From: Planctomycetota bacterium
GTDB lineage: Bacteria > Planctomycetota > B15-G4 > SIAN01
Length of the DNA: 21,076 nt
Direction of reading: 5' to 3'
NCBI GenBank assembly: GCA_031409275.1
Contig: JANNXA010000006.1
Location: 1 to 21,076, forward strand
Shown here: one piece after another, positions 14,501 through 21,076 of the stretch
How the letters are laid out: every line of letters starts with the position of its first letter
How positions within the stretch are numbered: the first letter of the stretch is position 1
The notes under the pieces: model-generated
What the model was told of the DNA's origin: nothing
Databases searched by the model: none
What the model saw: the letters and a program-made list of their open reading frames with translations, nothing else
Translations under genes and position numbers: made by a program

Positions 14501-17500
14501 CAGCGCATCGGCGCGATCGCGTCGCCGTGTTGCGCAAAGTCGCGAGCGAGTGCGGCAACGTCGAGCTCGAAGAGGCGCTCGCTCCAGCGTGGAGCGAGCC
14601 GCTCCCGCTCGGCGCGGTCGGCCAGAAGCTCACCGGCCAGGGCCCGCAGCCGCGCGATCACCTCGCCGAGGTCGCTGCGAGTCGCGCACTCGGCGGCACG
14701 GCCCGGCAGCGGCGCCGCCAGCAGTCGCAGCGTGGCCAGCGCGACACGCGCCGCCGGCAACCCCGGCGGAACGACGACGCCAAGCGCCGCCGCGGCGGCA
14801 TCGAGCGCGCGCTTGCTCGCTTCGAGCTGCGCGAGGAACTCCCGCAACAGCGACTCGCGTTCGCGCGCCTGAAGCGGCGTGTGGTCGACCGCTCCGCACT
14901 GCGCGAACGGGTGGCTCGCCAACGGGCCGCTCATCGCCGCGACGGCGGCCGCGGCGGCCAGTTCGGCGACCGCCGCCCGACGCTCTTCGTAGCCGCGTCG
15001 ATCCACCTCCAGCGGCGCGCGCAGCGGCAAGGGCGGCAGCGTCGCGGCGTCGCGCTCGCGCACCATGCGGCCGAGGCATTCGAAGTGGTTCATCCCCAAC
15101 GGCCCGCGCCGATGGAGCGCGGCCGCGTACTCGTCGAGCTCGCGCATCAGCTTCTCGGCGCGCTCGGCCAGCAGCGGATCGTCCTCGCGTCGGACCACTG
15201 GCGCTTCGTCCAGCGTGCGCGCCAGCTCGCTGATCACCTCGTGCTTGGCCGCCCGCTGCGAATGGAGTTCGAGGCAGGCGCTCGCGAGGCCGGCGCGCCG
15301 CAGACGGTTGGCCACCACTTCGAGCGCGGCACGCTTCTCCGCCACGAACAGCACCCGTTTGCCGGCGGCGATGCAGCCGGCGATGACGTTGGCGATCGTC
15401 TGCGACTTGCCAGTGCCAGGCGGACCTTGCAGCACGAAGGTGGCGCCGCGCACCGCCGCTTCGATGGCGACGAGCTGGCTCGAATCGGAATCCAGCACGA
15501 CCCGCGCCTTCGTCGGCGGCAGCACCTCGTCGAGGCGACGCGCATCGACGAACGCGGGATCGGGCAGCGCGCCGCCATCGACCCGCTTCACCAGATGGCG
15601 CACCAGCTCGCTTTCGAGCAGCGCTTCGGAGTTCTCCTCGAGGTCGCGCCACAACAGGTACTTGGCGAACGAGAAGAAGCCAAGCCGCGCCTCCTCCACG
15701 ACGGTGAAGCGCGGCACGCGCGAGACCAGCAGCTTGAAGCGCGCCAGCAACTGCGCGACGTCGACGCCGTGGTCATCCTGCGGCAGCGCGCGCAACGGCT
15801 CGGGGTCGATGTCGAGCTCGCTCTTCAACTTCTCGAGCAGCGCATCGTTCAGGCGCGGCTCGTCGTCGCGCAGCTTGAGCGTGAAGCGGCGGGCGAGACC
15901 GCGCCGCTCCAACGTGACCGGCAGCAACAGGATCGGCGCGAGGCGACGCTGCGTGCTGGCGGGCGACTCGAACCACTCGAGGAACCCGAGTGCCAAGAAG
16001 AGCGTCGAGGAGCCGGTCTCCTCGATGTGGGTGCGGTCGTCTCGAAAGAGCGTCAGCAGTCGCGTCTGCAACTCGTCGAGCGGGTGGCGGGTGAGCAGCG
16101 CCCCTTGCGCGAGGAGATCTTGCTGCTCGGCGGCGATCACTTCGGTGGCGCCGCGCGCGGCGGAGAGCTCCGCGGCGCGCGGATCGGCGGCCGCAAGCAC
16201 GCTCTTCGGCGCGAAGTCGAACGTGCCACCGTTTGCCAGATGGTCCTCGATCGCGGCCAGCGAGCCCGCTTCGAGCACGACGCAGCGCTTGCTGTCGCGC
16301 CAGTGGATCAGCCGGTTGCGCAGCGACAGGTCGAGGAGCTGCTGCTTCCATTGCGTGAGGCGATCGGTGAGCGGCTTGTGGAGCGGCAACGCGCCATCCG
16401 CTTGCGTCACGCCCGGCGTCGCGCGCTCCTCCGCCGCGGTGGAGGCGTCGTGGGGCGCGAGCACGGCGCTGCCCGGCGTCGGCAGCGGCACGATGCCGGC
16501 ACCGCGCGCCGCCTTCACGTCGACCACCTTCTGGAAACGCTCCGGCGCGTCGAGCAGCGCGTTCGCCGCGGCGACCGCCGCATCGAAATCTCCGCCGCTG
16601 ACCAGCACCGTCGGATCGATCCAGAGCAGATCGCCCACTTCGACCAGCTTCTTCACCGTCGCGAGGTGGTCGATCGTGACGCACGGAAATTGATCGGCGA
16701 TGCGCCACACGCCGACGACCGCGTGCCCCTCCACTAGCATCAGCAGCGGATGAAGACCTGCCTGTTCGAGCATGGCCGCCACCAGCAGCGAGAGCTCGAT
16801 GCAGTTGCCCATGCGATGGGCGAGGAGCTGCTGCGGCAGTCGCAGCTTCTGCCCCTGCTTCTCGAAACTCGCCGGCAGCGCGTGGTAGGTGAGCTGCTGC
16901 GCGGGCAACGTCTCGGCCAGCGCGCGCACGACCGCATCGACCCGTTCGCGCCCGCCGCGCGGGTAGCCGGGGAACGACGGATCGCCGGTCGCCGCCCGCA
17001 GCCGGTCGCGGGCCGCGGCCAGCAGCTCGGCGACGGCGGGGTCGTTGGGCAGGACGAACGCGGCGAGCAGTTCATCCGCCAGCGAGCGCGTCCATTCGTT
17101 CCACGCCAGGATCTCGAGCGGGAGTCGCTGCCGTGCGAGGATCGCGAGTCCGAGACGCAACTCGACATGGAGCGCGCCGCTCGCCCGCTCCAGCAACGTC
17201 GCCAGGCGCGGGCGATCGAGCGCGACGTCGGGCGCGTTCAGCGTGTACGTCGCGCCGGGCTCGAGACGCGGCAGCGCGAATCGAGCGGGCGGGCCGAAGT
17301 CGGGGCCGACCTGCAGGCGCAACTCGAGCCCTTCGAGCGCCTGCGCGCCGCGGTTGGTGATCGCAACCGATTCGACCAGCGGCACGCCGTTTCGCTCGGC
17401 AGCGAACTGCAAGCGCGTGGCGTGGCGCACCTCGAGCTCGACCCGCGGTGCGACGTGGTCCGGTGCCGCGGGCTTCGCCTCCTCGCCGCGATCGCTCGCC

Positions 17501-17892
17501 GGAATCTGGCGGCGCCACTGCGCTTCGAGTTCGGCGTCCTCGGCACTGCCGCGCAGTTGATCGGCGACGCTGCGCTGCAGCGCCGCGTAGGCGCCCTCGT
17601 CGAGCCGCTCGGCAGCGAGTTCGAGCGACGCAAGTTCCGCCACCACTTCGGCAAGCCACTCCGCGCCGCGCGGCTCCTGTTCGCAGCGCGCCAGGTCGGC
17701 GGCCGCCTCCGCGTCCTGCAAGTCGAGATGGGCGCGCGACGCGAGCGGCACCGGCGGCATCGCGACTTCGCGGCGCCGCGCCGCCAACAGGCGCAACGCG
17801 AGGCGCAACGTCGCCGCCGGCGGAAGGCGCGCGTGCAGCAATCGCACCAGGGTGTCAGCGGAGTCGAGCATGCGCAGTACGGCCTCTCTCAC
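11542..17892 (-). CDS. DUF4011/DUF3320 SF1 (DNA2/NAM7-like) helicase with a Vsr/MTES_1575-like endonuclease and an N-terminal transglutaminase-like domain (Hhe-like), 2116 aa
   Basis: DUF4011 start: LTQWKQQLLDLSLRNRLI. Helicase motifs: Walker A QGPPGTGKSQT (~15398-15426), VLFVAEKRAAL, LMSPQSIAQYL, FDLVIFDEASQI, VVGDDKQLPPT, HYRSRDESLIAFSN, ENVQGDERD, RRLNVAITRAR. Nuclease: QVGCSGYRIDLAI...GIECDGAAYHS...RDRDRLRQSVLEGLGWRIHRIWS. C-terminal DUF3320-like LGFRSV region. Start GTG 17892 or ATG 17871. Confidence 0.93.
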   Translation of the reverse strand: MREAVLRMLDSADTLVRLLHARLPPAATLRLALRLLAARRREVAMPPVPLASRAHLDLQDAEAAADLARCEQEPRGAEWLAEVVAELASLELAAERLDEGAYAALQRSVADQLRGSAEDAELEAQWRRQIPASDRGEEAKPAAPDHVAPRVELEVRHATRLQFAAERNGVPLVESVAITNRGAQALEGLELRLQVGPDFGPPARFALPRLEPGATYTLNAPDVALDRPRLATLLERASGALHVELRLGLAILARQRLPLEILAWNEWTRSLADELLAAFVLPNDPAVAELLAAARDRLRAATGDPSFPGYPRGGRERVDAVVRALAETLPAQQLTYHALPASFEKQGQKLRLPQQLLAHRMGNCIELSLLVAAMLEQAGLHPLLMLVEGHAVVGVWRIADQFPCVTIDHLATVKKLVEVGDLLWIDPTVLVSGGDFDAAVAAANALLDAPERFQKVVDVKAARGAGIVPLPTPGSAVLAPHDASTAAEERATPGVTQADGALPLHKPLTDRLTQWKQQLLDLSLRNRLIHWRDSKRCVVLEAGSLAAIEDHLANGGTFDFAPKSVLAAADPRAAELSAARGATEVIAAEQQDLLAQGALLTRHPLDELQTRLLTLFRDDRTHIEETGSSTLFLALGFLEWFESPASTQRRLAPILLLPVTLERRGLARRFTLKLRDDEPRLNDALLEKLKSELDIDPEPLRALPQDDHGVDVAQLLARFKLLVSRVPRFTVVEEARLGFFSFAKYLLWRDLEENSEALLESELVRHLVKRVDGGALPDPAFVDARRLDEVLPPTKARVVLDSDSSQLVAIEAAVRGATFVLQGPPGTGKSQTIANVIAGCIAAGKRVLFVAEKRAALEVVANRLRRAGLASACLELHSQRAAKHEVISELARTLDEAPVVRREDDPLLAERAEKLMRELDEYAAALHRRGPLGMNHFECLGRMVRERDAATLPPLPLRAPLEVDRRGYEERRAAVAELAAAAAVAAMSGPLASHPFAQCGAVDHTPLQARERESLLREFLAQLEASKRALDAAAAALGVVVPPGLPAARVALATLRLLAAPLPGRAAECATRSDLGEVIARLRALAGELLADRAERERLAPRWSERLFELDVAALARDFAQHGDAIAPMRWFKLRGAWSTLTPALRGKAPTVEVTRADLAGALAVVARARRFADEAAFLEATVGAAARGVATEPAALQQVADFLDRWRALVPQWNAAGITTPPAMRALGSTPDATATALEGALTRFESALAALVTAIAVAPSWSAGLASARDGFSFARSTAELWLARLPELRAHARLVRAEGAARALELAPIVDAVRRDELPPASAPAAFERAFFTTVTEHAIGAAPALRDFDGSRHHARALQFRVEDARLIAAGGRRVVAEWGARRTLRADAGFSGSEVEALQREAKKKRRQKSVRWLLSEIPTLLAQLKPCLLMSPQSIAQYLPVSRELFDLVIFDEASQIPTHDAIGALARGRHVVVVGDDKQLPPTAFFERALADDEEEEVAADAPDGGLVRDLESILEEAQAAGVPSLPLRWHYRSRDESLIAFSNRHYYGSRLHTFPAAFGRAQGLGVSLVAVGGTYDKAGRRTNEAEARAIVEWIVAALSDPQRRDQSIGVVTFNQPQQQLIEDLLDAALLERQELQPFAEGGARGEPLFIKNLENVQGDERDTMLFSITYGKDAQGRLSMNFGPLNKRGGERRLNVAITRARERLVVFSSLRADEIDLSRSAAPGVRHLRDYLDYAQRGAIALAAAVVVDAESACESELERDVARALEERGHHVDLQVGCSGYRIDLAIRDPQRPGSHWLGIECDGAAYHSGATARDRDRLRQSVLEGLGWRIHRIWSSDWSERRVQEIERVEAALREARESVEKAEHEAESAKAAQERAASASASPTTRASVVASAPLPAPPVVEPASTVSAAAAGVPAGAEPPLYRSFEVVVAGTRADLDDPGAALRLEELLLRIVDAEAPLHEKPLLQRAARCLGISRMSGAIEEQLEARLAALATAGRLQRRGEFVWSAAIDPQAWTLVRRAAPEEAPRPAEQIAPEERANALLHVLAAGGGGAADDVAAAAARLLGFRSVQSKTRALLRATLVDLAAAGRCELTEDVVRPAPR

Positions 17893-17904
17893 GACGGGCG
17901 CGCG

Positions 17905-17910
17905 ATTGTA
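17905..17910 (-). promoter_or_regulatory. Candidate -10 element (TACAAT) for the helicase gene
   Basis: TACAAT on the minus strand, 12 nt upstream of GTG 17892, in a 48-bp intergenic gap. No clear -35 element. Confidence 0.4.
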
Positions 17911-17940
17911 GGGAGTCGCCGCGAACGCGCTCTGCCGCTC

Positions 17941-19113
17941 TCAGCGACGCGCGAGTTCGCGGCGCCACAACCCGGCCAGCGCATCGGCGGCGTCGCGCCA
18001 CGTCCACGGATCGGGCACCACCAACGGCACCCGTTGCGCCGGCGCTTGCGTCGTCGCGGCGAGCGTCGCCATCGCCGCGGCCCACGCCCGCGGCTCGACC
18101 GCTGGCCGGACCAGCGCCGCCACGGTGGCCTTCGCGGCGGCGGCGGCGTCGATGGACGGCAGCACCGCGAACGGCGGCAGCGGTCGCACGATCACCGGAA
18201 GGCCCATGGCCATCGCCTCGTAGATCGGCAAGCCGAACCCTTCGTAACGCGTCGGGAAGAGCATCGCGACCGCGTGTTGCAGCAACGTCGCGAGCTCGCC
18301 TTCGCTGGCGCGACCGACGAATCGAACCTGATCGGCGATGCGCAGCGCGGCGGCGCGCGCCTGCCACGTCGCCAGGTCGCCACCGCCGACGATCACCAGC
18401 GGCAACGACGAAGCGGGCCCACCGGCGGCCTTCAGCTCGGCCATCGCTTCGAGCGCCAGCTCGATTCCCTTCCGCGGTTCGAGGTGGCCCACCGCCACGA
18501 AAAAGCGGCCGCTCTGCAGCGCGTGGCGCTGCAGCCACTCACCAGCGGAGGCGGGATCGAGCGGCGTCGGAGTCGCGACGTTGGCGTTCGCGATGCAAAG
18601 GACGCGATCGGGCGGCAACTCCAGCACTTGCGCCAGTCGCGTTGCCGCCGGCGGCGACACCGTCACGACCCCCGCCCAGTGGCGCGCCTGGCGCGGGATC
18701 CAGTGGCGCGCGGCGACGTAGCGCGGCAGCCAACGCAGCAGCGAGGCGTTCGTGGCGGTGCGCGGCTCGGCCCAGCGCGCGTCGTGGACGGTCACCAGCG
18801 CCGGTACGCCGGACGGGCCGCACGGCGGCACCGTCTCCGAATGCCACAAACGCGCGCGTGCCGCGAGACCCGTCGCAGCGCCGCCGCCGCGAAGGCGCTG
18901 CAAGGAGCGGCGCCACGGCCCGCCCGCCGGTGCCACCTCTTCGATCTCGACACCACCCACCGCCAGCCCATCGAGCAGCTTGCTGCCGCGGGCGATTCGC
19001 ACACCGAGCGGTGGCGCCTCGTCGACCGCGCGCCACTCGCCGAGCCACCCTCGCAGCCGTGTGCGCGCGCCGCTGGCGAAGTCAGGCATCCCGGAGGCGT
19101 CGACCACGATCAT
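17941..19113 (-). CDS. Glycosyltransferase family 4 (GT-B fold), ~390 aa
   Basis: ATG 19113 overlaps the upstream TGA (ATGA). Motifs: MIVVDAS, LVTVHD, VVTVS, VGHLEPRKGI, FPTRYEGFGLPIYEAMAMGLPV. Confidence 0.93.
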   Translation of the reverse strand: MIVVDASGMPDFASGARTRLRGWLGEWRAVDEAPPLGVRIARGSKLLDGLAVGGVEIEEVAPAGGPWRRSLQRLRGGGAATGLAARARLWHSETVPPCGPSGVPALVTVHDARWAEPRTATNASLLRWLPRYVAARHWIPRQARHWAGVVTVSPPAATRLAQVLELPPDRVLCIANANVATPTPLDPASAGEWLQRHALQSGRFFVAVGHLEPRKGIELALEAMAELKAAGGPASSLPLVIVGGGDLATWQARAAALRIADQVRFVGRASEGELATLLQHAVAMLFPTRYEGFGLPIYEAMAMGLPVIVRPLPPFAVLPSIDAAAAAKATVAALVRPAVEPRAWAAAMATLAATTQAPAQRVPLVVPDPWTWRDAADALAGLWRRELARR

Positions 19114-20219
19114 CGGCACGCCTCGTAGAGCGCCACCACTTGCGACGCCGCGCGTGACCAGCGGAACTGCGCCGCGCGCGCGAGCCCACGTTCCCGCAGC
19201 TGCGTCCGCAGCGTTGCATCGCTCACGATGCGCGTGATCGCCGCGCCCCACGCCGTGACCTCGGTCGGCGCCACCAGCAACGCCGCGTCGCCCACCACTT
19301 CCGGCAGCGCGCCCCCGCTCGACGACACGACCGGAACGCCGCACGCCATCGCCTCGAGCGCCGGCAAACCGAACCCCTCAAAGTGCGACGGGAAGAGGAA
19401 CGCGTGCGCCGCTCGATAGAGGTCAGGCAGGTTCGCTTCGTCGATCCACCCTGGAAAGTGGACGTGAGGCGCGAGGCCGAGTCGCTGCGCCTGCTCGCGC
19501 CACGGCATGGCCGCATCGGCGTCGAGTCCCGCCAGCACCAGTGGATGGTGCTCGCGTAGCGCTGGAGCCACCGTCGCGTACGCCGCAAGCAACCCCGCAA
19601 GGTTCTTGCGCGCGCGCGCCGCGCCGACGAAGAGGAGGAACGGCGCGTCGGGAACGAGCGAGCGGACCGCGTGGTCGGGGCGCTGCGCCTCGCGAAAGCG
19701 CGAGTCGACTCCGTGATGCACCACGACGGTGCGCGACGCCGCACGTGGATGGAGTGCGACGACGTGGCCGCGCGTGTGGTCCGACACCGCAATGAGCCAC
19801 CGCGCGCGGCGCGCCGCGAATGCCAATCGCAGCCGTCGCGCGATCTGCAAATCGCGCGCACCGACGCGCGGCTCGCGCCACGGCACTTCGTGCACCGTGG
19901 CAATTGTCGCGAAGCCAGCGCCGCGGCCATTGATCGGCAGCGCCAGCACCGGTGAATGGAGCACTTCGACCCGTTCACGCGCGAGGCATGGAGCAAGGAG
20001 CCGCTCGCGCCAGAACGGGCCCGGTCGCGCGCAGCCGAGATCGACCACGCGGAAGTTCGCTGGCACCGGAAAACCAAGGTCGAGGGGCCGGCGCGCGATC
20101 AGCAGGTAGTCGTGCCCGCCGCCATTCACTCCGAGGGCGCGGATCAGCTCGAGCTGCGCCCGCTCGACGCCCGTCGGCCGGTCGGTCTCCAGCATGCTTC
20201 CATCGAGCGCGATCCGCAT
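19110..20219 (-). CDS. Glycosyltransferase family 4 (GT-B fold, MtfB-like), ~369 aa
   Basis: Motifs: MRIALDG...TGVER, ATVHEV, IAVSDHT, VVHHGVD, FVGAARARKNL, FPSHFEGFGLPALEAMACGVPVVSS...LPEVVGDAA...FRWSRAA. Start is ATG 20219. Confidence 0.95.
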   Translation of the reverse strand: MRIALDGSMLETDRPTGVERAQLELIRALGVNGGGHDYLLIARRPLDLGFPVPANFRVVDLGCARPGPFWRERLLAPCLARERVEVLHSPVLALPINGRGAGFATIATVHEVPWREPRVGARDLQIARRLRLAFAARRARWLIAVSDHTRGHVVALHPRAASRTVVVHHGVDSRFREAQRPDHAVRSLVPDAPFLLFVGAARARKNLAGLLAAYATVAPALREHHPLVLAGLDADAAMPWREQAQRLGLAPHVHFPGWIDEANLPDLYRAAHAFLFPSHFEGFGLPALEAMACGVPVVSSSGGALPEVVGDAALLVAPTEVTAWGAAITRIVSDATLRTQLRERGLARAAQFRWSRAASQVVALYEACR

Positions 20220-20228
20220 GAGGGGCGG

Positions 20229-20234
20229 ATGGTA
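20229..20234 (-). promoter_or_regulatory. Candidate -10 element (TACCAT); near-leaderless GT4 transcript
   Basis: TACCAT lies 9 nt upstream of ATG 20219, and there is no Shine-Dalgarno sequence in between. Confidence 0.4.
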
Positions 20235-20302
20235 GCTCGCGGTCGAAGTTCGGCCCGCCGTCCGATCCGCAGACTCTTCCGATGAATGTGTCGTCGCGTC
20301 CG

Positions 20303-20788
20303 CTACCTCCCGTCGCCCCCATCGTCGCACTGGCCGAAACAGCAGCCGACGCGCTGGGTGAGGTCGCGGAACGCGGGGTGGAGATCGGCGCCGAACTCCT
20401 CGCTCAGCGTGGCGAGCGTGAAGCGGGCGTATTGCTTCTTCGAAAGCTCAGCGAAGTGGCGATCGAGCGGGTCGTGGTCGATGAAACGGCCGAAGAAGCG
20501 GCTGCAGAAGGCGCGGTAGAGCTTCGTGTTGAGGACGAAGGCGTGCCAGAGCTTGTCGATCGACTCGACCTGCTGGATCGGCTGGCCGGGACGCGCGAAC
20601 GGGATGGCGGAGAGCCACTGCAGCAGGCCATCGAAGCGCGAGGCGGCGTCGGCGCGAGCGAGGCCGTAGTGCTGGACGGCGGTGTCGAGCACGGGGGTGT
20701 AGTCGAAGGCGGAGAGCATGGAGGCGTGGAGGGCGCGGCCGCGAGGGGCGGTGGAGGGCGAGGCGAAGGGGGCTGCCGTGGTGGACAT
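20303..20788 (-). CDS. Small GRDP-like ('glycine-rich domain-containing protein-like') hypothetical protein, 161 aa
   Basis: Strong RBS (AGGAGCAGGAG) before ATG 20788. The motif IDKLWHAFVLNTKLYRAFCSRFFGRFIDHDP fits the D-x-x-W-H...Y...C...G-x-F-x-x-H-x-P pattern of this family. The tail is Cys-rich (GCCFGQC). Confidence 0.75.
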   Translation of the reverse strand: MSTTAAPFASPSTAPRGRALHASMLSAFDYTPVLDTAVQHYGLARADAASRFDGLLQWLSAIPFARPGQPIQQVESIDKLWHAFVLNTKLYRAFCSRFFGRFIDHDPLDRHFAELSKKQYARFTLATLSEEFGADLHPAFRDLTQRVGCCFGQCDDGGDGR

Positions 20789-20844
20789 CTCCTGCTCCTA
20801 TCGATGGGGTGGTGAGGTGGCTGGGTGGTGGGATCGGGGCGTGC

Positions 20845-21075
20845 TCACTGCACCGCGACGGTGACGTCGATCGAGTCCATCAAGGGGCCGCGGCCGGCGC
20901 GGTTCTGGGAGTAGCCGCGCAGCGTGAAGTCGAGACCGCTGACGCTCGCGTCGACGTCGGCACAGAGCTGGAGTTCACCGTTGGCATCGAAGGGGGCCAC
21001 CAGCAGCGGCTCGAAGAGCGAGGCCCCGCTGATGTCGGTCAAGACCACGAGGCCCAAGAGTCCTGGCGGACCGGC
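20845..21075 (-). CDS. C-terminal fragment of a hypothetical protein entering from beyond the window
   Basis: The frame is open to the window edge: ...AGPPGLLGLVVLTDISGASLFEPLLVAPFDANGELQLCADVDASVSGLDFTLRGYSQNRAGRGPLMDSIDVTVAVQ*. It is beta-strand-rich with GC-rich third codon positions. Confidence 0.7.
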   Translation of the reverse strand, partial: AGPPGLLGLVVLTDISGASLFEPLLVAPFDANGELQLCADVDASVSGLDFTLRGYSQNRAGRGPLMDSIDVTVAVQ

Positions 21076-21076
21076 G

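Noticed and set aside
12265..19157. Long + strand ORFs (1490, 792, 569, 542 and 513 aa)
   Set aside because: They lie antisense to the helicase and GT4 genes, which have clear catalytic motifs, and show no domain signal of their own.
20789..20844. CCACC-rich intergenic stretch (GGTGG repeats on +)
   Set aside because: It is short, irregular low-complexity sequence with no constant period or spacers, so it is neither a CRISPR array nor a clear tandem repeat.
1..21076. Genome-wide UGA reassignment (genetic code 4 or 25) as the cause of the in-frame TGA
   Set aside because: Most genes here end in TGA, including ATGA/GTGA overlaps. Trp is encoded by TGG, and the very long ORFs contain no internal TGA.

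Overview
A very GC-rich, gene-dense bacterial window, probably Planctomycetota or another PVC-superphylum member (inferred from a PVC-type heme-binding CxxCH dehydrogenase-like giant). Nearly all real genes are on the minus strand. From right to left: the 3' end of a gene entering from beyond the window; a small GRDP-like protein; two coupled GT4 glycosyltransferases; a 2116-aa transglutaminase-like/DUF4011/SF1 helicase/nuclease/DUF3320 protein (Hhe-like, possibly anti-phage); and, coupled to it, a GT-C/YfhO-like membrane protein with an in-frame G12 tract. Next are a plus-strand FHA membrane protein, a ~1930-aa LamG + ceramidase-like + PVC-type cytochrome c fusion, and a ~110-bp intergenic inverted repeat. 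The window ends in a four-gene operon whose last two genes are an ECF sigma factor and a FecR-like anti-sigma factor. The top finding is the first gene of that operon. The ORF track splits it in two (2304..2615 and 1614..2276), but it is one frame with a single in-frame TGA at the metal-binding Cys position of an HMA-like domain, followed immediately by a bacterial-SECIS-like hairpin. It is therefore a candidate exported selenoprotein heading an ECF signalling operon. No rRNA, tRNA, CRISPR array or transposase was recognised.
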